Below, in pieces: positions 55,733 to 64,000 of a DNA stretch of 64,000 nucleotides. The DNA lies in the NCBI GenBank assembly GCA_951406725.2, contig OX597825.1, forward strand, positions 50,220,001-50,284,000, given 5' to 3'. This DNA is from Octopus vulgaris. Taxonomy: Eukaryota. The position numbers and the translations under genes are program-made. Numbering within the stretch: the stretch's first letter is position 1; each line of letters opens with the position of its first letter. A model generated the notes under the pieces. That model was given only the letters and a program-made list of their open reading frames with translations. It was not told the DNA's origin and ran no database searches.

Positions 55733-56129
55733 CTGGAAAAAAATTGCAATAAGTTTCAGTAAATCACCTTAAAATACTGGATTATAATATAAAATCACAA
55801 ACTGGATTGCATGCAGCATATATACATCAAAAAGATTAAATCAAACTCTTTTGATAAAACAAACAAAAACATTAATTTTGGTTTTGGTAATTCCAAAGAT
55901 ATGAGAGAAAATAATGAAACAAACAAACTGGATGGAACTCAGGCAACAAATATATTGCTTGTTGGACATATTTGGTAGGAAAGAAATTCTAAGCAAAATA
56001 TATATGAAAAACAATGAAAAACCAGTTATGTGTGTGTAAGAGAGAAAGAGACAGACAGACAGATAGACAGAGACCCTAGCTCTGTTATCTGCCACAGAAA
56101 TGCAATATTGACTTTTGTCGGAAAAGACT

Positions 56130-56700
56130 ACAGTCCTCCACTGCTGATGTCACTAATTCTCTCATTTTTAAGCCCACTGCAGATATGCCCATTGATGGTG
56201 ATCTGTGAGAATGGGACCAATAGCCAGACATCAGAATGACAGATTGAAAGATCTCAGCTGGCAGCAAACTGTCTCTGCACAAATGGGTCTGTGGTGAGTC
56301 CCTATGGTCTGCCTAGCTGATTCCTTTGCCCTTCAGAATCAGTCAGGCAAGTGCAATGCAGGTGATGATCTTGATGTACCATTGTAACCTTCAGTCAGCC
56401 ACTACATGGACAATCATCCATACTGTTTATGGCATTGTATCATGCCTTCAGCCACTCAACTGCTGCAGTTCAAGTCATTAGCAATGGCCCATGGATGTTG
56501 ACCAGCATAGAGATGTCTGATGGCTTGCTTCCTCTGATTTCATGTAAGTTAAGGCATGCTTGCTGTGTTTGGGAAATGAATGATAGGCTGGTAAATTTGG
56601 GTGCCTTTTATACCCAATGAGTTCAACGTTTTGCACAGGCATCATGCTTTTATTAAAGAGGCATTCTTGAGCATTACAATGATCATGAAAAGTGAGAGAG
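56130..56700 (-). mobile_element. Decayed Tc1-like transposase remnant
   Basis: Minus strand gives RKQAIRHLYAGQHPWAIANDLNCS (HTH-like) and THLCRDSLLPA. Confidence 0.45.
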
Positions 56701-56939
56701 TTCAAACCCTACATACAATCCTTTTGCTTTCAAAGGAGAGTGGTGTTGTGCGTCAGTGACATCTTCTTGATGTAAAATAACCTATAAATGTGATAAAATC
56801 CATATAATTTTCATATCGTGTGTGAAACAAATAATCTTTTACAGTATGACATCTCTTTTCTAGTGGAATATATATATGTGTGTGTGTGTGTGTGTGTATG
56901 TGGGTATACATATATATATGGGGGGTATATATATATATA

Positions 56940-57422
56940 AAATTAAAATTAAAATGAGGGTGAAAAATTGGATATTAATTTGATTAACATCAATTTAAAA
57001 CCAGTGGCCTAGCATATAAAAAAACTGAAGGTTCAGTAAATTGTATTACATACATATGAGAGGGATGACCACTATGTGGACAACTCTTATGCTAGAAGTA
57101 GATCTTCTATGGTCTTACCACTAAGAAATGTTCTCAAGAAAATTTAGTAAACACCAGAACGTAATCGAGCAAGACAAATGAAAAATAACAAAGATATAGA
57201 TTAATCATAAACAATGTTTCACTATCAACAGATTACGTAATTTTACTAACACAATTTGTCTGTATGATTTGTCTGTATCTTTGTTACTTTTCCTTTGTCT
57301 TGCTCGCTTACGTTCTGGTGTTTGCTAAATTTTCATGAGAACATTTCTTTGTGGTAAAACCATAGAAGATCTACTTCTAGCATAAGGGTTGTCCACAAAG
57401 TGGTCATCCCTCTCATATGTAT
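56940..57422. mobile_element. Fold-back palindromic element (arms ~57048-57209 / 57263-57422) with a hammerhead-like core in the loop
   Basis: The ~160-bp arms are reverse complements. The minus-strand loop reads AATCATA-CAGACAA-..-GAAAC-ATT-GTT-TATGATT. TA-rich repeats lie on both sides. Confidence 0.85.
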
Positions 57423-57511
57423 ATATATAGATATGCATATTTTATATGTATATATTCATTTTATGTATTCATATATGTATATATGCATATATATATATAT
57501 ATATATATGTA

Positions 57512-58864
57512 TCTCTTATGATAAAGGGCAGATTTTCTCTGTCTCCCAAATTGTTCGTTTTTTATACAATTGTACAATACAGAATTTCTTCAATAGGAAT
57601 TTACCTATGATTTTTCGAAGTAGATTCCATTGGGTCATGGCATGTAAAGTTTTTTCAATTTTACCCCCAATTAAGCAAAAATTCGAGAAAACTTATTATG
57701 TGTGTGTGTGTATTTGCAATTCGTATAAAATTGCATCAATGACTTGAACTTGAATAAGTGGTTTCACATAAATGGGGATAAATTAAAAAGGTTTGTTGTT
57801 ATTATTATTACTGTTTGACTATTGTAATCACGTTTGTTGGTTCCTCGTCAGGGAAACGTTGTTGTGTTGCATTTGTTAAATAATTGAATTGTGTCCCAGT
57901 TTGGGGAAATTGACAATATTTTCACCGTCTTTACGGAAGCATTTTTGTTAAAATGCCTTCCATAGAAGAAAGTCCAAAAATGAATTTTGCTGCAGCCATA
58001 CACTTCTATACAAGAGGGAGGACAAGATCCAATTGATCGAAATTGCAAAAGATGGGCCTATAATTCCAGTCTGTTATATATTTTGAGTATTGTTATCACT
58101 AGCAATATCAAGATATAACTTTGTATTTTGTATTTTATATTTTATGTGTAGATGTATATATATAGATGTACATGTAATATGTACACATATATATATATAT
58201 ACACATATATACATGCATAATATATCTACCCATACACGCATACGCACACACACACACACATACATAGGGGCAGGTGTGGCTGTGTGGTAATAAACTACGT
58301 TCCAAACACATGGTCCTGGGTTCAGTCCCACTGTGTGGTGACTTGGCATGTGTCTTCTGCTGTAGCTTCAGACCAACAAAAGCCTTCTCAGTGGATTTTG
58401 TACATATATACAGGCATACTTACATATATATACATGCATGTTCTATATTTTATAAATTACCCATATTTACTTACCCATGCTTCATTCCCCTCTTGCCTAC
58501 ATAGGGCATCCATTCTCTTTTAACACAGCATGAAGTTTTGTAACAGCACATCCGCTGCCGTTCGTGGAAAACGAAGAGACCCTATTCACCTACGAACGTT
58601 TTACACCACCTTCCATGACTATCAAATTCTTACAATTATGAGAACAATAACATTGCTCTTTTCAAGGCAACCTCGCATTCAATTCTTACACCATTCTACA
58701 AGGGGGTAGGAACCCCTTTACACGGCTTTCTATACACATACAAATACATTCATCCGCCGTAAACTAATATCAATATTTGCCTGAATAATCATCATAATTC
58801 AGTGCAATCATTAACAGTACTTTCAAGCAATTCAGCCCCAAGCATCGCCGAGCAATTCTGCTAG
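57512..58864 (+). mobile_element. Non-autonomous Helitron interrupted by a microsatellite and a SINE A head (58268-58400)
   Basis: 5' TC..TAAAGGGCAGATTTT, 3' GCCCCAAGCATCGCCGAGC..CTAG, inserted between A and T. Confidence 0.55.
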
Positions 58865-58890
58865 TATATATATATTTGTATGTATGTATT

Positions 58891-58930
<40 letters not shown>

Positions 58931-59068
58931 TACGTATATATATATCTATATATGTAAAAGAGGGGACGACTGAAATACTTCAAGGAGATGTCAAAAATGA
59001 AAGGCCGCCAGTACAGTCCAAGTAAAGAATATATATAAAAATTATATATTCAGTATTTGCAAAGGCAT

Positions 59069-59460
59069 AGGAGTGGCTGTGTGGTAAGTAGCTTGCTTAC
59101 CAACCACATGGTTCCAAGTTCAGTCTCACTGCATGGCACCTTGGGCAAGTGTCTTCTACTATAGCCTTGGGTTGACCAAAGCCTTGTGAATGGATTTGGT
59201 AGACGGAAACTGAAAGAAGCCTGTCATATATATATATATATGGGTTTGTGTGTGTGTGCATGTGATTGTGTGTATGTGCTTGTATGTCTGAGTTTGTCCC
59301 CCCATAACTTGTTGGTTCGGCAAAAGAGACCGATAGAATAAGTACTAGGCTTAAAAAGAATAAGTCCAGGGGTCGATTTGCTCGACTAAAGGTGGTACTC
59401 CAGCATGGCCACAGTCAAATGACTGAAACAAGTAAAAGAATAAAAGAGAGTAAAAGAGAA
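59069..59460 (+). mobile_element. SINE family A, full length
   Basis: Head GGAGTGGCTGTGTGGTAAG through the GTAAAAGA tail. Confidence 0.9.
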
Positions 59461-59915
59461 GTATGAAAGTAGGAAAAATTGTAGGTGTAGACGAACTTTG
59501 ATTCATAATCCAAGTTGGTACAGAGCCAATATTCATTCTAAATATTGTTTTGGAGTCTAATTAATTCCAATGACAAAAACGAAAAACTCTTCATAAAATA
59601 AAAAAAAAAATGGATTCTTCGTCAAGAATTACATACTGATATGAATAATTACGACAAAAAAATATACAAAGACCTTCAATAGCCCAGACAGGCTATGAAA
59701 GATCTTTGTATTTTTTTTTTTGGTCGTAATTATTCATACCATTATATAATTCATGATGAAGAATCCAATATCTATTTCATGAACACTTTTTTGTTTTGTC
59801 ATCAGAATTAATTAGACTCCGAAACAATATTTAGAATGGATATTGGTTCTGTACCAACCTGGATTATGAATTAAAGTTCATCTAACCTGCAATATTTCCT
59901 TTCTTTTTTACTTCA
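59458..59915. mobile_element. Fold-back palindromic element (~225-bp arms, apex ~59686) with a decayed hammerhead in each arm
   Basis: Apex ATAGCC-cagaca-GGCTAT; the arms are reverse complements. ATTC-ATGATGA..GAAAC..GAAT at 59749-59837. Confidence 0.85.
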
Positions 59916-60027
59916 TTTATGTATACATGTATAGATATGTATGTATGTGTGTGTGTACATACATAAATATATATATGTATATATGTGTAAATATATACAG
60001 ATAGATAGATTTATATATGTGTGTGTG

Positions 60028-60985
60028 CAGGTCACTCTATGAGCCAAGGTTAGCACATCAGGCCGTCCTGCGAGCCATGAACTCACTTCATTTGTCAGGT
60101 CTTTGCAGTCACAGCATATCTCAGAAGTCTCGGTCTTTTGTCATTGCCTCTGTGAGGCCCAATGTGCCATCGGCACGGGTATCACAACTACAATATCCAT
60201 TTGATTTTTATTTTGATGTACTTGACTTAGTAGGTCTCTGCAGGCCGCCCTATGATCCAAGGTTAGCACAGTAGGCCGTCCTGTGAGCCATGAACTCACT
60301 TTATTTGTCGGGTCTTCGCAGTCACAGTATATCTCCAGAGTTCTCGGTCTTTCGTCATAGCCTCTGTGAGGCCCAACGTTCGAAGGTCATGCTTGACCAC
60401 CTCATCCCATGTCTTCCTGGGTCTACCTCTACCCCAGATTCCTTCAACAGTTTGGGAGTGGCACGTCTTCACACATCTCTCTTCATCCATCCATAGTACA
60501 TGACCATACCAACACAAACGTCTTTCCTGCATGTCACATCCGATGCTTCTTATGTCCAGCATTTCTCTCAGGGTGCTTACACTCTGTTGTGCATGGACAC
60601 TGACATTACACATCCAGCGGATCATGTTAGCTTCATTTCTTTCGAGCCTACACATGTCCTCCACAGTCACAGCCCATATTTCACGCCGTGATGCATGAGA
60701 GTTCGCACACATGCATTGTACAATCTACCTTTCACTCTGAGCAAGAGACCCTTTGTCGCCAGTAGGGGTAGAAAATTTCTAAACTTTGTCCAGGCTATTC
60801 TTATGCTAGTGGTAATACTCTCTGAGCATCCACCCTCACTACTAACTTGGTCACCTAGGTAGCGGAAACTATCAACTACTTCTAGTTTCTTCCCCTGGAG
60901 TGTGATAGAATCTGTTTTCTGAGTATCTGTGGTGTCTATTGCCCCTGTACATCTGCTGCACATGAAAGCTATCTTAGACATAACA
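60028..60985 (-). mobile_element. RTE-clade LINE 3' fragment with a duplicated 3' UTR block
   Basis: LEVVDSFRYLG..IAWTKFR..KGRLYNACVR..RLCWYGHV..GRGRPRKTWDEVV. 60028-60165 resembles 60240-60378. Confidence 0.9.
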
Positions 60986-61292
60986 TAGGCTGTGTGTATA
61001 TTCATTTCTACATGTGTATTTGTATATGTGCATCAGTATGTATGTAGTTATATGTAGCTGTGTTTGTGGGCATGTGTGTATATATGTGTTAGCACGCATA
61101 TGTGGATGCCAGCATGGGTGTATATATGTTATTCTGTGTGTCTATGTGAGTGTGTATATACATATGTGTATTTATGCATGTGTATATTCATAAGTTTGTA
61201 TTTATATATGTGTAAGCAGATATACTCATATGTATGTATGTATCTCCATGCATATGACTGTAAATATATGCATGGGTATATACACATGCATG

Positions 61293-61332
<40 letters not shown>

Positions 61333-61489
61333 GTGTGTGTGTACAATGCACATGTGTGTATATATGTGTATTTGTCCATTTTATACAGACACATATACAT
61401 GTGAGTATATATGTATGCACATATATACATTATCTGTACATACATGTATGTACATATTATACATACATTAGAGATAATATATACATGCA

Positions 61490-62274
61490 CTAGCTTTTAA
61501 ACTACTGACCCCAAATGGGAGGATCTGCAAACAGGTGTCTAACTTGTTTTGGAGAATTTGTTGCAATTGCTTCTTCTGGAGTCTTATCCCAATGATGATC
61601 ATATTCGTCGATAAAATTCATGTAAAAATAATTGCCAAAAACAATTGCTGTAATGAAAATATAGGAATCCAAAATTTCAGGATTGCAGGTCCGAATTCAG
61701 CCCAGAATGTTTTTAATTTACTCATGGAATTAGCCTTTAGATTATAAAAATATCGTACAAAAAAATTTGTCGCAAAATGTCATGTAAAAAAAATCACTGT
61801 AAACAATCACAGTAATGAAAATTTGAGAATTGAAAATTTCAGGATTGTGGGTCTGGATTCAACCCAGAATGTTTCTAATTTACTCACGGACTCGGCTTGA
61901 TTCCAAAATGGTATGCTATGTTGGGCTACAGCCTCTAGGAGTAAAGTTGAAAAAGTGTGACACACTGACACAGTGACATTCATATTTATTATATTTTATA
62001 ATTATATCATATTAAGGTGGCGAGCTGGCAGAATTGTTAGCATACTGGGTGAAATGCTTAGCGATATTTCTTCTTATTTTGAGTTTGAATTCTGCTGAAG
62101 TTGACTTTGCCTTTCATCCTTTGGGGTCAATAAAATTAGTACCTGTTACATACTGAGGTCGATGTAATCAACTTAATCCCTTCCCCTAAAATTTGAGGCC
62201 TTGTGTTTCCAGAAGATAGGATTTATTAAAGTTGAAAATATGTGACACACTGACATTCATATTTATTATATTAG
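61490..62274 (-). mobile_element. Helitron-like non-autonomous element with an internal ~165-bp tandem duplication and an inserted SINE B (62015-62225, + strand)
   Basis: Minus-strand 5' TCTAATATAATAAATATGAATG, CTAG at 61490, and 61620-61730 resembling 61785-61890. Confidence 0.5.
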
Positions 62275-62841
62275 AAATGTTTAATTTTGTGGAAACTTAA
62301 TTTCAATTAAAGTGTATTTCATATGTGTGTGTGTGTGTATGTGTGCGTGTGTGTGTATGTGTGTGTTAAAGAAATCAAACAATAAAACGAAAATGATAGT
62401 GTTTGGTATGTGGCAACAGGAATTTCTGTCAAAGAGCATTGATTGTTTAATCAATGCTCTTTGACAGAAGATGATGTACAACTTTGTTTAAAGTTGTACA
62501 TCATCTCCCTGTTTCTTTCACATACCCACTCTTTCTCTCCCTTTTATTATTACTCCCACTGCCACCACCATCACTACTACTTTTGATAAAACATCGTCAA
62601 CTCTCCCTAAATTTTTTTGTCTCTCTTTCTCTCCCTCTCTTTTTCTTTCTTTCTCTCTCTCTCTCTCTCTCTCTCTGTCTTCACCACCTATGGCTCACAT
62701 ATTTATCCAACAACTCTCGGAGACTCTACATACAAACAGTCAGGAATTCTGCCTCTCCTTAATGAAATACAGAAATACGGACACACATTATAAAATACCG
62801 GAGGTTATCAAGCACCATATTATATATGGGGCATGAGATAA

Positions 62842-63130
62842 GGGTAAAGACCCCTTCAGTCATGAGTGGCCATGCGATTGCACTTAGAAAATTCTCCTCT
62901 GAGGCACAAGTCTGGGTAAGGTTGTTTATGGAAAACCAGCAGTCACCCATGCATACCAGCCTCCCCTTTCTATGGCACCAATGTTGTTCAAGGAAAAGGC
63001 AAAGGCTGATACAGCTTGGCACAGGTGACATCCCAACTCATTTCTACAGGTGAACTGGAGCAACATGAAATAAAGTGTCCAGCAATCAAACTCACTACTT
63101 CGTGATTGTGAGCCCAACACTCTAACCACT
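62842..63130 (-). mobile_element. SINE family C
   Basis: Reverse complement of 5698-5995. Confidence 0.8.
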
Positions 63131-63397
63131 GTTATATTCAGTAATGAATGCTTTGCCTAATTATAGATAAGGCTGACGTCATTAATAATTTTCTATCCTT
63201 TACCTCTCACACATTGAACTGTGGTCATCCTGGGGCACAACTTTTAAGGATTCAGTCAAATAAATTGACAGCAATACTTATTTATGAAAGTCAGGTTCTT
63301 ATTTTATTGGTTTCTATTGATGAAAGCACTAAATTATGGGGATGCAAACACACATACACACATGTATATTATATGTGTGTATATACATATATATATA

Positions 63398-63560
63398 CAG
63401 AGCTGGGCATAAGTTCATTAATCTGTTAATCGTTAGTTAACAAAGTTAGCATTTTCGTTAATGATTTAACTTTTAAGTAAACTTTCAAAATCATTATCAG
63501 ACTAATTAACTTCCATAAACTCAAGTCCGTTAACCCAAAATGTTCATGAAAACTGGTAAA
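63398..63560. mobile_element. Possible hAT-type terminus with subterminal TTAAC repeats
   Basis: CAGAGCTGGGCATAAGTT followed by many GTTAAC/TTAAC units; the partner end is not seen. Confidence 0.4.
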
Positions 63561-64000
63561 CATTTAAAAGTTTCTATTATTTTCAGATTATCTTAGCATA
63601 TTTGATATTGTATTCATCATTCTTTCAACTCTGATAAAATGCCATTTATTATTATAAATAATTTGTAGAACCTTGTTTGGCCCTGCCTGGATTTGAAACC
63701 AGATTCCTCTGCTTGTTGCTTGCAAAGAAAGTGAGAAATTTCTTTGTTCTGTCAAGAGAAAAGTGATTCATGTGTTTCCACTTGATATATGACCTCGCAG
63801 TGTCACGGAGAGTTCAAATGGACAGCAAATGACCACATTAGGATAAGCTATGCATTTAATGATATATCCATCATTCTAGCAAGAATGCAATTATCATAAA
63901 TGGTAGCGCTCTGTAAGTGAGAAATCAGAGAGAATCTTGACCACCACAATGTGAATAATTATTCACAACGGTAATGAGGCAGACAACTATAGTAGCCAGC

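Overview
AT-rich, repeat-dense eukaryotic DNA. The SINE families and microsatellite load resemble an octopus (coleoid cephalopod) genome; this is an inference from repeat content. Most ORFs in the supplied track are artefacts of (TA)n, (TG)n, (TATG)n, (AAT)n and similar microsatellites. Recognisable content: decayed Penelope-like elements (PLEs), including three Naiad-type copies; RTE, CR1-group and R4/Dong-like LINE fragments; a Gag/ORF1-only zinc-knuckle element; two mariners, a Tc1 remnant, Helitrons and MITEs; three tRNA-derived SINE families; and a large degenerate 13/26-bp satellite. One convincing host exon lies on the minus strand (55614-55732), is absent from the ORF track, and encodes a Rab11-FIP-type RBD-like C-terminus. 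The most striking unannotated signal is at least four well-formed and several decayed type I hammerhead ribozymes. Several of them sit at or near the apex of 250-490 bp fold-back palindromes next to (TA)n microsatellites, apparently a family of small ribozyme-bearing non-autonomous PLE derivatives. All motifs were read by eye, so boundaries are approximate.
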